Of a stretch of 41,891 bases of DNA, positions 1-8,948 are shown piece after piece. The position numbers were made by a program, and so were the translations under genes. The stretch comes from Terracidiphilus sp. (lineage in GTDB: Bacteria > Acidobacteriota > Terriglobia > Terriglobales > Acidobacteriaceae): NCBI GenBank assembly GCA_050018295.1, contig JBEKAJ010000001.1, positions 1-41,891 of the forward strand. The letters run 5' to 3'. A model generated the notes under the pieces. It was not told the DNA's origin. It did no database searches and was given only the letters and a program-made list of their open reading frames with translations. Position 1 is the first letter of the stretch, and the number at the start of each line of letters is the position of its first letter.

Positions 1-10
1 GAGCTTTGGA

Positions 11-26
11 TGTGACGGGCCTCACG
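11..26. promoter_or_regulatory. CRP/FNR-superfamily-like binding site (distal)
   Basis: TGTGA-CGGGCC-TCACG matches TGTGA-N6-TCACA at 9 of 10 positions. Confidence 0.45.
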
Positions 27-138
27 TTTATGTCAGAACTTGAGGCCATGTGACAGCTCGATCCGGCCCCCTTGGACCAACAACCCGCAAATGACTGGGC
101 CAATAGACCCTTGGCCCCAAAATTCGACCTATATCTTA

Positions 139-182
139 TGTGATAGACATCACCGCCGTTATTCATGACGAGACCGTAATCT
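139..182 (+). promoter_or_regulatory. CRP/FNR-like site plus -10 element (class II-type promoter) of the cytochrome cluster
   Basis: TGTGA-TAGACA-TCACC at 139-154 and TAATCT at 177-182. The site centre lies about 42 bp upstream of the implied start at ~189-190. Confidence 0.55.
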
Positions 183-189
183 CTCGTGC

Positions 190-291
190 ATGTGGTGATG
201 CTCCACACCGCTAGGCCTTCGCAAAAGGTTCCTGCGGTGCTCGCGCTCACATGGAGAGAATGCACCACATTCAGCCTGAAATGGCGGCTGA
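190..291 (+). other. Structured 5' leader (nested long hairpin plus second hairpin), candidate cis-regulatory RNA
   Basis: Pairings ATGTGGTG(190-197)/CACCACAT(263-270), CTCCA/TGGAG, CACCGC(206-211)/GCGGTG(234-239), CCTT/AAGG; then TCAGCC(271-276)/GGCTGA(286-291). Confidence 0.4.
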
Positions 292-339
292 GGTTCGAAT
301 TAAGCAGTGCCACGAAGTTCTTCGAAGGCGGTATTTTTC

Positions 340-1305
340 ATGCATACTGATAGGCCGGTAACGCGTTTATTCAATGGTGCGGCTCCCGGGAAACGGCCGG
401 GACTGCGAGTGTTTTTGATGTTTCTGCTGGGTGCGGGCTTGTTGTGCGCAACGGCGCTGGCAGCTCCCCCGCCGGGATCCAAGGCTCAGGCTGCGCCGGC
501 CGCGCCAGCCAGCCATGCCGAGTTCGTCGGCGCCGACACCTGCGCCACCTGTCACGCGGACGTGGCCAAGAGTTTCGCCACCAATCCTCACCAGAAGATG
601 GAGCTGATGCACGGGAACGCGAATGGCGTTACCTGCGAGAACTGCCATGGCGCGGGCAGTGAGCACGTGGCCGGCGGTGGCGACGTGACCAAGATCTTCG
701 ATCCCGCCAAGGCTTCGACCAAAGACGTCGACACCAAGTGTCTGAGCTGCCATGCAGGCGCGCATCCCAACTTCGATCGCTCTCCTCATGCCAAAGCTAA
801 TGTCGGCTGCATCAGTTGCCACAGCATTCACGGCAGCAAAGAGGAGACGCTGCTCAAGGCTCCGCAGCCCACGCTCTGCTTCCAGTGTCACAGCGACCAG
901 AAAGCTCAGTTCAATATGCCCTTCCACCACCCGGTGAACGAGGGCACCGTCAAGTGCAGTGACTGCCACGATGTTCACGGCACTTTCCAAAACAGCAACC
1001 TGAGAGCCGCGGCAGATCAGAGCATGATCTGCACCAAGTGCCACACGGACGTGCGTGGGCCCTTTGTCTACGAGCACGCCCCGGTCAAAGCGGAAGGCTG
1101 CCTGGCATGCCATTCGCCGCACGGCTCGCAGAACGCCCGCATGCTGAACATGCCGAACATTAACGGGCTGTGCAACCAGTGCCACAGTGCTGTCGCTGCC
1201 GGCACGATTCATGGTCAAGGGCAGGGATCGTCGGATAGCGTGCCGTGCACCAGCTGCCACACCTACATTCACGGTTCAAACATGAATGTGGCGTTTCTCA
1301 GATAA
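340..1305 (+). CDS. mtrA: Periplasmic decaheme c-type cytochrome, MtrA/DmsE/PioA/MtoA family
   Basis: Signal peptide; ten CxxCH motifs (CATCH, CENCH, CLSCH, CISCH, CFQCH, CSDCH, CTKCH, CLACH, CNQCH, CTSCH); family motifs GPFVYEHAPV and C-terminal IHGSN. Start is ATG 340 (the ORF track opens at GTG 307). Confidence 0.92.
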   Translation: MHTDRPVTRLFNGAAPGKRPGLRVFLMFLLGAGLLCATALAAPPPGSKAQAAPAAPASHAEFVGADTCATCHADVAKSFATNPHQKMELMHGNANGVTCENCHGAGSEHVAGGGDVTKIFDPAKASTKDVDTKCLSCHAGAHPNFDRSPHAKANVGCISCHSIHGSKEETLLKAPQPTLCFQCHSDQKAQFNMPFHHPVNEGTVKCSDCHDVHGTFQNSNLRAAADQSMICTKCHTDVRGPFVYEHAPVKAEGCLACHSPHGSQNARMLNMPNINGLCNQCHSAVAAGTIHGQGQGSSDSVPCTSCHTYIHGSNMNVAFLR

Positions 1306-1416
1306 GGGTGATGGAGCCTTGCCTCGCTTGGTATTTACATCGGCGCAGCAAGGCTTCCACAACAGTTTTGCGAAGGTTCGATCTCGGCAATGAGTTTTAT
1401 TCAAGTGAGGCTTCAT

Positions 1417-4086
1417 ATGAAGAAAGCAGGCTGGTTTTCACGGCTTCTTAATCAACAGCCATCTTTTGCAATGTTCCTGGGAATGTTGGTGGCCATGTTT
1501 CTTGCAGCGGCGTGCATCGCCGTCGCGCAGACTCCAGCAGATCCCACTCCGGCGTCGGGTTCAACTATGTCTGTCCCGCAAGGATATTCGGTCCACGAGT
1601 CCGTCGATCTCGGCGGGCGCATGGCCAGCATCTCGGGCAGCGGCTCCATGTACGACACGATGGTGAACCTGCAGTCCGGCCCGCGCGTTCTCGGCGAGAC
1701 CTTCAGGCTGCACGCGCTGCCGGGTACAAAAAACACTCCGCTCGACGATTTGCAGGTTTTCGCCAGCGGCTTTGGCGGCGAGCCCAACAACTTTGCCAAG
1801 CTCGACTTCTCGAAGGGCAAGTACTACGAGTTCTCCGGCTTGTTCCGCCGCGACCGTCAGTACTTTGACTACGATCTGCTCGGTAATCCGGGAATCCCCG
1901 GCGGGTATTCCATTCCCATCGGGCCTTCTAGTGCGCCGACTAGCACTTATGCCTGGCCGCAGGTAACTCATTCGCCGTTCATGTATAACACTGTGCGCCG
2001 CATGACTGACACCAGCTTGACCCTGCTTCCGCTGTCGAAGTTCACCTTCCGCGTCGCCTATTCGCAGAACATCTTTCAGGGACCGAGCCTCACCCCGAGC
2101 GGCAACTCTGTGGCCGGGCAGGAAGTCCTGCTCCAGGAAGTCCAGCGCAACAGCACCGACGATTTTACGGGCACGGTCGACTGGAAGCCGGTGCAGGGCA
2201 CCAAGTTCACTTATGAGGAGCAGATCGACCATTACAAGGGCGACTCCTGGTTCACCATGGCTCCTCAGTACCTCAATGTGCAGGAGTCCGACGGAACCAA
2301 AGTCTCTCTGTTGGCGAGCTACCAGAGCTTTACTCCGTATGGCTACAACGCCACCACCGGCGCATTTGCCGCCAGCAGCAATTGCAACAGCACCAGCATG
2401 ATCAGTTCGACCACCATACTCTATGCCAATCCGAATGGTGGCCTGCCCATCATCGATCCGGCATGCAACGTCATCAGCAGCTATGCCCGGAATCAGGCGA
2501 CGCGCGTCATCTTCCCGACCGAAATCTTCCGGCTGCAAAGCTCCAGCATCAAGAACATCACCATGAACGGCAATGTCCGCTACACCAACGCGAACATGAA
2601 CCTGCCGAATTACAACGAGCAGTTCCAGGGCTTGTACGGGGCGGATCGCTCAATCGCATATGCGGGCTACGCCAACGCCAAGCGGGAAGTGATGGCCTTC
2701 GATTACGGCATCGTCTGGCAGTTGGCCAAGACGATCAGCTTGGAGGACCAGATTACCTACTCCAACGCTCATCAGCCGGGAATCGCAGGGTTCACAACAG
2801 GGACCACCGTAACCGTGCCCACGACCGCGGGCCAGGAAACCATCAACTACACGGGGCTCACCAGCTGCACAACCATCAATGCGACCACAACTTCGCCAAC
2901 GGGCTGTAAACCGACCACATCGGTGCCCTCGGGCAGCCCCGCGATTGGAACCACGCAGGCCGGCTACTTTGGCCAGCGGTTCACCACCAACGATGTCACG
3001 GTGAGCTGGGACGCGACGCCGCGCAGCACGTATTCGCTCACTTGGCGCTATCAGGAACACCTCATCTCCGAAGGCCAGGGAACCGCGGCGCACAATATCC
3101 CGATTCCGGCCAACAATACCACCGCCGGCGAAGTCACGATTCACGAAAACGGTGGAATCCTCACCGCAGCCATGCATCCCACCAGCAACTGGGACCTCAA
3201 CGCAAGCGCCGAACTCATGTTCAACGACAACGCCTTCACTCCCATGGGATTCCGGCAGCTCGAGCATTTCAGGATGCACACGATCTACCGTCCAAAGTCC
3301 TGGGCCACCGTCTCCGGCGCCTACAACGATCTTGAGCGGCATAACAACACAAACAACAATCAGAGCTTCCCGGGCAACACCACGGCCTACTTCGGACGGC
3401 TCGATCATGTCGATCACTCCCGGACGGCGAGTCTTGGCGCCGAGCTATTCCCGAACGATCGCTACGGGCTCGATCTCAACTATTCCTATACCGATGTGTA
3501 CATGAGGGACAACGTCTGCTTCCAGGGCGCAGCCAGCGCCCTGCCTGGCGGTACGGTCGCGCCCGCCGCCGCAACCCAGAGCGGCTTGCTCTGTGGTGCC
3601 GTCGCAGCCGGCCATGGATCGAACACCATCCTATTCGGGCCAGCCAGGGATTTCGAAGACGCGCCCACGCAGTACGCATCGGTCGCCTTCATGTATACGC
3701 CGACCAAGAAGCTCCACTCCAACCTCGGCTACCGCGTCAATTCCGTCAACGGCAGCCGGTTCTTCACTGATGCCAGCGACGTCAATGGTGCGCTCGTGTC
3801 CAACTACCAGACTCCCTTTGTGAGCGCTGAATGGACCATGCACCCCGGGCTGATCTGGAAAGCCGAATACGACTACTTCGGTTATGGCGAGGGGGGTGGC
3901 CGCTCCGGTGCGCAGTGGTGCAACGCCAATCCTGCCCTTGCGCTCGGCAGCACCACCGCGCCGGTCGTACCTTGCAGTTCTGTGGCGAATACCGCCATGT
4001 CCCCGGGCACGCCGGTTTACGGGTTCACCGCGCCGCGCAACTTCCATGCCAACAACGTGACCCTTGGGCTGCATTACGATTTCTGA
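1417..4086 (+). CDS. Large outer-membrane beta-barrel, MtrB/PioB-like porin partner of the decaheme
   Basis: Signal peptide; alternating-residue beta strands rich in Tyr/Asn/Thr/Ser; C-terminal aromatic Bam signal (LGLHYDF); directly downstream of the decaheme gene. ATG 1417 follows GAGG (alternative start 1390). Confidence 0.75.
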   Translation: MKKAGWFSRLLNQQPSFAMFLGMLVAMFLAAACIAVAQTPADPTPASGSTMSVPQGYSVHESVDLGGRMASISGSGSMYDTMVNLQSGPRVLGETFRLHALPGTKNTPLDDLQVFASGFGGEPNNFAKLDFSKGKYYEFSGLFRRDRQYFDYDLLGNPGIPGGYSIPIGPSSAPTSTYAWPQVTHSPFMYNTVRRMTDTSLTLLPLSKFTFRVAYSQNIFQGPSLTPSGNSVAGQEVLLQEVQRNSTDDFTGTVDWKPVQGTKFTYEEQIDHYKGDSWFTMAPQYLNVQESDGTKVSLLASYQSFTPYGYNATTGAFAASSNCNSTSMISSTTILYANPNGGLPIIDPACNVISSYARNQATRVIFPTEIFRLQSSSIKNITMNGNVRYTNANMNLPNYNEQFQGLYGADRSIAYAGYANAKREVMAFDYGIVWQLAKTISLEDQITYSNAHQPGIAGFTTGTTVTVPTTAGQETINYTGLTSCTTINATTTSPTGCKPTTSVPSGSPAIGTTQAGYFGQRFTTNDVTVSWDATPRSTYSLTWRYQEHLISEGQGTAAHNIPIPANNTTAGEVTIHENGGILTAAMHPTSNWDLNASAELMFNDNAFTPMGFRQLEHFRMHTIYRPKSWATVSGAYNDLERHNNTNNNQSFPGNTTAYFGRLDHVDHSRTASLGAELFPNDRYGLDLNYSYTDVYMRDNVCFQGAASALPGGTVAPAAATQSGLLCGAVAAGHGSNTILFGPARDFEDAPTQYASVAFMYTPTKKLHSNLGYRVNSVNGSRFFTDASDVNGALVSNYQTPFVSAEWTMHPGLIWKAEYDYFGYGEGGGRSGAQWCNANPALALGSTTAPVVPCSSVANTAMSPGTPVYGFTAPRNFHANNVTLGLHYDF

Positions 4087-4140
4087 CCGCGGAGCTTCCA
4101 ATCCACGATCGAGATGAAACAAAGCAAGAGGAGACAGGCA

Positions 4141-4464
4141 ATGAAAATCAGCGCTGGATTGATGGTCGTCGCCATGTTAGCGGCCACCGCTGGAACAACC
4201 GCCTTCGCGCAAAGCTCGGGAGCCGACACCTACAAGGCCAAGTGCCAAAGCTGTCACGGAGCCGAGGGAACGCCGAATCCGGGCATCGCCAAGATGATGG
4301 GCGTCAAGCCCGTGAGCGATCCGTCGGTTAAGGCGGAAAGTGAGGCGCAGATGATCGCTTTCACCACCAATGGCAAGGGCAGCAAGATGCCGGCATTCAA
4401 GGGCAAGCTCACCGACGCGCAGATCAAGGAGTCGGTGGATTACTTCCGCTCCCTCGCCAAGTAA
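4141..4464 (+). CDS. Monoheme class I cytochrome c (c6/c553-like)
   Basis: GAGGAG RBS; signal peptide ending AFA; single CQSCH; distal Met motif KMPAF. Confidence 0.9.
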   Translation: MKISAGLMVVAMLAATAGTTAFAQSSGADTYKAKCQSCHGAEGTPNPGIAKMMGVKPVSDPSVKAESEAQMIAFTTNGKGSKMPAFKGKLTDAQIKESVDYFRSLAK

Positions 4465-4691
4465 GGGTACGGGTCTGAAGAGGAAGACGAAGTGTAAGTG
4501 CAAGAATAAGCCGGCGCGGTCGTCGGTCTCAAAGCCTCGATCGCGCCGGTTTGCGTTAGGTGGTTCCTGTTACCATTTCGATTGCGGAACCAACGGCCGC
4601 ATTTGCCGGCCGGTTTCATCAACCAATAACCACGCGGCTTGCGCTTGAACGCGCGTACGGGCCTCGAAAAAACCCCCAAAGGAGTTTCGCT

Positions 4692-5006
4692 ATGACTAAG
4701 AGTTTTCGTTCCCATATCGTGCTGGCCGCAACGGTGCTTCTGGCCGGCTCCATGTGCTTTGCTGAAGACGGCGCGGCCATCTACAAGTCCAAGTGCGCGA
4801 TGTGCCATGGCGCCGCCGGCACTCCCAGTCCGGCGATGGCCAAGGCCATGGGCATCAAGCCGGTCTCAGACCCCTCAATGGCGACGCTTACGGTCGCGCA
4901 GATCACATCCACGGTCAAGAACGGCAAAGGCAAGATGAAGCCCATTGTCGGCCTGACCGATGCACAGGTGAGCGCCGTTGCGGCGTATTTTAAGACCCTC
5001 AAATAA
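4692..5006 (+). CDS. Monoheme class I cytochrome c, paralog of the upstream gene
   Basis: AAGGAG RBS; signal peptide; single CAMCH; GKMKP. Shares YKxKCxxCHGAxGTPxPxxAKxMGxKPVSDPS with 4141..4464. Confidence 0.9.
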   Translation: MTKSFRSHIVLAATVLLAGSMCFAEDGAAIYKSKCAMCHGAAGTPSPAMAKAMGIKPVSDPSMATLTVAQITSTVKNGKGKMKPIVGLTDAQVSAVAAYFKTLK

Positions 5007-5085
5007 GCATTACAATCGGCGCAGAGATTTGAGGGCGGGCCCGCCATCCCCCAGCGGGCCGCCTGCACATGGAGGCTGAGGAAAC

Positions 5086-6558
5086 GTGTCGTTGTTTGAA
5101 AGATTCCGCGATAGCTGGGTCCGTCCGGCGCTGTTTTTCGGCAACAACCCCATCAGTCTCGCGGGTGGCGCCATTACCACCGCCTCCGGCGTCACCATGA
5201 TCAGCTACTGGCTGGCCGAGCTCTCCGGCCACCTCAGTGACAACCCTTATCTGGGCATTATCTTCTTCCTCATTCTGCCGGTGCTGTTTCTGCTCGGTCT
5301 GGCGCTCATCCCCATCGGCGTGCTGCTACGGCGCAGGAACCTGCGAAAAGCCGGCCAGATTCCCGCCGAGTTTCCCCGGATCGATCTCAACGACCGCATC
5401 TTCCGCCACGGCCTCGACATTGTGCTCGTTGCCACCATCGTCAACTTCCTTGTGGTGGCCACGGCCAGCTATCACGGCGCGGAATACATGGATTCACCGC
5501 AGTTCTGCGGCCGCTCCTGCCACGTGATGACGCCCGAATACACGGCCTACAAGATCTCCCCGCACTCTCACGTGGCCTGCGTCGAGTGCCACATCGGCAC
5601 CGGTGCTGAAGCCTACTTCAGCGCCAAGGTGAACGGCACCAAGCAACTCATTGAAGTCAGCTTCCACCCGTTTGCGCCGCTCGCGCCCAAAATCATTCCC
5701 AACTATCCCACGCCGATTCCCTCGCCGGTCACCAGCCTGCGCCCGGCGCGCTACACCTGCGAGGGCTGCCACACGCCGAGGCGATTTGACGGCGATATCC
5801 TCCTGGTCAAGTCGGAATTTGCCGACGACCAGCAGAACTCCGAGACGCAGACGGTTCTGATTCTGCACCTGGGCGGTGTTGACTCGTTCTCGCGCTTTAC
5901 GGGTATTCACGGCGTCCACCTGGGCCACATCGAGTACGTCGCCACCGATCCCACGCGCACCACGATTCCCTGGGTCGAGCGGCAAAACGCCGACGGCTCG
6001 TTTACCGAGTACAGTTCTCTGGCGCCTGGCAGCGGCATTCCCAAGGGCGACCGCAGGGTCATGGATTGCATCGACTGCCACAACCGCGCTGCGCACACCT
6101 TTGTTACCGCCGAGGAGGCCGTTGACCAGGCCATGGCGGGCGGCGCAATCAGTCCCGACCTGCCCTGGATCCATAAAGAGGGACTGGCGCTGCTGAACGG
6201 CCCTTACTCCAGTCAGGCCGAGGCCGACGTCCAGATACCCCAGCAGCTTGAAACCTTCTATCGCACCCAGAATCCCGCCGTGCTTGCACAGAAAGCCGCG
6301 TTGGTCGACCAGGCGGGCAAGGAGCTGGTAACGCTCTACGACCAGAACGTCTTTCCGTTCATGAAGGTCACCTGGGGAACCCATCCCAACCACATCGGCC
6401 ACATGGAGTATCCGGGATGCTTCCGCTGTCACGACGGCAGCCACGCGGCTAAGAACGGTGACACCATTCCTCAGGATTGTTCCGTCTGCCACAACCTGCT
6501 GGCCGTGGAAGAATCCAAACCCAAAGTTCTCTCTGATCTCGGCATCCAGTTACCCTGA
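5086..6558 (+). CDS. Membrane-anchored NapC/NirT-family multiheme cytochrome c (about six hemes)
   Basis: Three N-terminal hydrophobic helices; NapC-like SPQFCGRSCHVMTPEY...SPH...CVECH; further CEGCH, CIDCH, CFRCH, CSVCH. GTG start after GAGG. Confidence 0.85.
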   Translation: MSLFERFRDSWVRPALFFGNNPISLAGGAITTASGVTMISYWLAELSGHLSDNPYLGIIFFLILPVLFLLGLALIPIGVLLRRRNLRKAGQIPAEFPRIDLNDRIFRHGLDIVLVATIVNFLVVATASYHGAEYMDSPQFCGRSCHVMTPEYTAYKISPHSHVACVECHIGTGAEAYFSAKVNGTKQLIEVSFHPFAPLAPKIIPNYPTPIPSPVTSLRPARYTCEGCHTPRRFDGDILLVKSEFADDQQNSETQTVLILHLGGVDSFSRFTGIHGVHLGHIEYVATDPTRTTIPWVERQNADGSFTEYSSLAPGSGIPKGDRRVMDCIDCHNRAAHTFVTAEEAVDQAMAGGAISPDLPWIHKEGLALLNGPYSSQAEADVQIPQQLETFYRTQNPAVLAQKAALVDQAGKELVTLYDQNVFPFMKVTWGTHPNHIGHMEYPGCFRCHDGSHAAKNGDTIPQDCSVCHNLLAVEESKPKVLSDLGIQLP

Positions 6559-6823
6559 GTGAGCACTCGCCCGGGCGCTTTTTGGCGGCTCGTCCAGCTC
6601 CAGGTGACTCGCGTAGCGTGCCGGGGAGGTCGGCACAGAATCGTCTTCTTGCTCCACATCTGCCGCTATACAATCGGTGCCAGGCGCGAACCAATGCAAG
6701 GTCTGCTCCCCAGAAGGTGGAGTGGTCGGAATGCGTTGCTTCAGGGAAAATGAGTTCAACCCCGCTCGAACGGCGCACATGCTTGCGCCTTTCGTGTGCA
6801 GCCTGAGTATAACGAGAAGTCGA

Positions 6824-7810
6824 ATGCGGCAAAGGATCTTCGGTCCGCGGCTTGCAACTGCTCTCCTGAGCAGCCTCTTTCTATCCCCCTTCGCAGCAGC
6901 CATCGTGCCAATCAACCCTCCCCCCACCCTTCTGCCCGTCACTGTCACGCTCGCCGCAAACAACATCACCATTGCGCAGGGCTCCGCCATCATCCTCACA
7001 GCCACAGTCACTCCCAACTCGGCTCCGCCCGCAACCGGTGAGCAAAACCCGACCGGCACTGTGGTCTTCCTCAACGGCACTGTGGAGATCGGCCAGTCCG
7101 TGCTCTCGCCGCTTCCCGTGGCCAATGCCTCCACGGCCACCCTCACCATCCAGAACCTTCCCGCCGGTCAGGACTCCATCACCGCCTACTACGCGGGCGA
7201 CACCGTTTTCGGTGCCGGAACATCGGCTCCCCTCGCCATCGACGTTCAGGCATTCGCCATCGCACCGGCGGCGACGAATCCGCCCACCAACCTCGATATC
7301 GTTCGCGGCGGGTCCGGCTCGGAGTCTTTCGTGGTCACCAGCGCGGGCGGCTACACCGGGCAGGTGCAGGTGGTCTGCGCGGTCGCCTTGCAGGACAACA
7401 TGACCTGCACGCCCACTCCACAGCAGGTCACGCCAACTGCCACAGTTACCTTTGCTGTCCAGACCTTTACCTCAGGAGGCCCGCTTTACGCTGCCGCGGG
7501 CAAGGCTCGGCGCCACATTTCACCGTGGCCGCAAGCTGCGGGAGGCGTCGCACTGGCCGCAATGCTCTTCTTCGTCGTTCCCTTCAGGCGTCGCAAGCTG
7601 ACGAGTCGTGATGCGCGGCGGTTCATCTTGCTTCTCCTGCTGATGGCGCCTCTCATCGGCATCGCCACCAGTTGCAACAGCTCGAGCGTCCTCGCTCCCA
7701 GTGGCACTCCGCTCGGCGTGGCCACACTTCAGGTCACGGCCACTGCGTACGTCGACAACACCGTCACCAGCCAGACCGTCTACTTCACCGTCAACGTGCA
7801 GCCGCAGTGA
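6824..7810 (+). CDS. Ig-like (Big_3-type) domain surface protein with C-terminal membrane hairpin
   Basis: Signal peptide; LTATV...PTGTVVF...ITAYYAGD Ig-like motif; C-terminal TM-basic-TM-Cys-GTP segment. Start uncertain (6779 or 6824). Confidence 0.75.
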   Translation: MRQRIFGPRLATALLSSLFLSPFAAAIVPINPPPTLLPVTVTLAANNITIAQGSAIILTATVTPNSAPPATGEQNPTGTVVFLNGTVEIGQSVLSPLPVANASTATLTIQNLPAGQDSITAYYAGDTVFGAGTSAPLAIDVQAFAIAPAATNPPTNLDIVRGGSGSESFVVTSAGGYTGQVQVVCAVALQDNMTCTPTPQQVTPTATVTFAVQTFTSGGPLYAAAGKARRHISPWPQAAGGVALAAMLFFVVPFRRRKLTSRDARRFILLLLLMAPLIGIATSCNSSSVLAPSGTPLGVATLQVTATAYVDNTVTSQTVYFTVNVQPQ

Positions 7811-7819
7811 GCGCGTCCG

Positions 7820-7863
7820 CCCATGTCCCATCCGCCGCGGCGGACGGAACGTGGGATACCCGG
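7820..7863 (-). repeat. REP-like palindrome with nested inner hairpin
   Basis: Minus strand CCGGGTAT-CCCACGTTCC...GGGACATGGG, with the perfect palindrome TCCGCCGCGGCGGA (7831-7844) inside; lies between convergent genes. Confidence 0.55.
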
Positions 7864-7910
7864 CCTCTGCTACGCAAATCGCTCGTGCAATTGTGCGCGC
7901 GCCGGGCCGT

Positions 7911-8771
7911 TCAATCCCGCAAGAATGCCGCAATGCTGGGATTTACCAGCTCGGGCCGCTCCATCACCAGCATGTGTCCAGCATTCGGCACGATTTCGAC
8001 TGAGGCATTGCCCACCGTCCGGCGGGCTCGTTGGGCAGCGGAATGGGGGTTGTAGAAAACCTCCTTCTCGCCCAGCAGCAGGTAGAGAGGAGCTTGAATC
8101 TTGGCCAGCTCGGAATCGGGGAAAACTTTGGGATAAACGCGAATGCGTGAGTTGAGTGACCGGACGCCAACCATCATCTGGCGAATCACGAGATCATCGA
8201 GGGGCAGACGATCTTCGAAAATCCAGCGCATCATCTTCTCCGGCGCGGGACCCCCGGGAACGAGAATCGACAGAATTAACCGCAGGAAGAAAGATTTTCG
8301 CAGTGCTACGAATCCAGCGGCGGGTGAGGTGAGCAGCACCTTGCTTACACGCGCGGGCTCAACGATGGCGTAATTCAGCGCCAGAAAGCTTCCGTACGAT
8401 GCGCCCACCAATGCGCTGCGAACAATTCCCAGGCCGTCGAGCAGCGCACTTAACCATGCCGCGCAATCTGCCAGGCTGGCAGGCGGACAAGTTGTGGCGC
8501 TCAGTCCCATGTCGGAGGGGAAATCGGCGGCATAACAGCGAAACTCGCTCGTCAACCCCGAGACGGTCGCATACCACATGGTTGCGCTGAATCCCATGGC
8601 GTGAAGCAAGAGCACCGGCTTGCCGTCCGCGGGACCGCAGGCAATTACGTGGGTCGAGCCGAACCTGGTTGTGATATCGAGAGGCTCATGTCCGGCGGGC
8701 CACAGGCGCAGGCTGCTGTCGTACGCAGAGCGGTACGCAGCTTCCGCTTCGGGAGACTTGAAAGGGGACAT
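7911..8771 (-). CDS. Alpha/beta-fold hydrolase
   Basis: LLLHA oxyanion region, GASYG nucleophile elbow, C-terminal NAGH catalytic His. Confidence 0.9.
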   Translation of the reverse strand: MSPFKSPEAEAAYRSAYDSSLRLWPAGHEPLDITTRFGSTHVIACGPADGKPVLLLHAMGFSATMWYATVSGLTSEFRCYAADFPSDMGLSATTCPPASLADCAAWLSALLDGLGIVRSALVGASYGSFLALNYAIVEPARVSKVLLTSPAAGFVALRKSFFLRLILSILVPGGPAPEKMMRWIFEDRLPLDDLVIRQMMVGVRSLNSRIRVYPKVFPDSELAKIQAPLYLLLGEKEVFYNPHSAAQRARRTVGNASVEIVPNAGHMLVMERPELVNPSIAAFLRD

Positions 8772-8948
8772 GTTTGCTGACCTTGGCCTCAGTGTAATTC
8801 AGCTTTACGCTGCCCGCGGTCTGCGCCGCGTGAAGATCAGGCGCATTCCATTCGTGCCTGGACTAAGAACTTCACGGTTCGTGCCAATGGAACTCACGCC
8901 TGCCCTACGTGTTAGGCTGGCATTTTGTGCGCAGGAGCACGATCCTTC

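Noticed and set aside
367-1272. 301-aa minus-strand ORF, and similar long antisense ORFs at 1561-2538, 5494-6492, 8805-10304, 12945-14207 and 23256-24383
   Set aside because: They shadow well-supported genes on the opposite strand. This is expected from GC-rich codon bias, and they carry no recognisable motifs.
5034-5063. GC-rich hairpin after the second monoheme cytochrome as an intrinsic terminator
   Set aside because: No U-tract follows and the next gene is co-oriented about 20 bp later; at most a stabilising or processing hairpin
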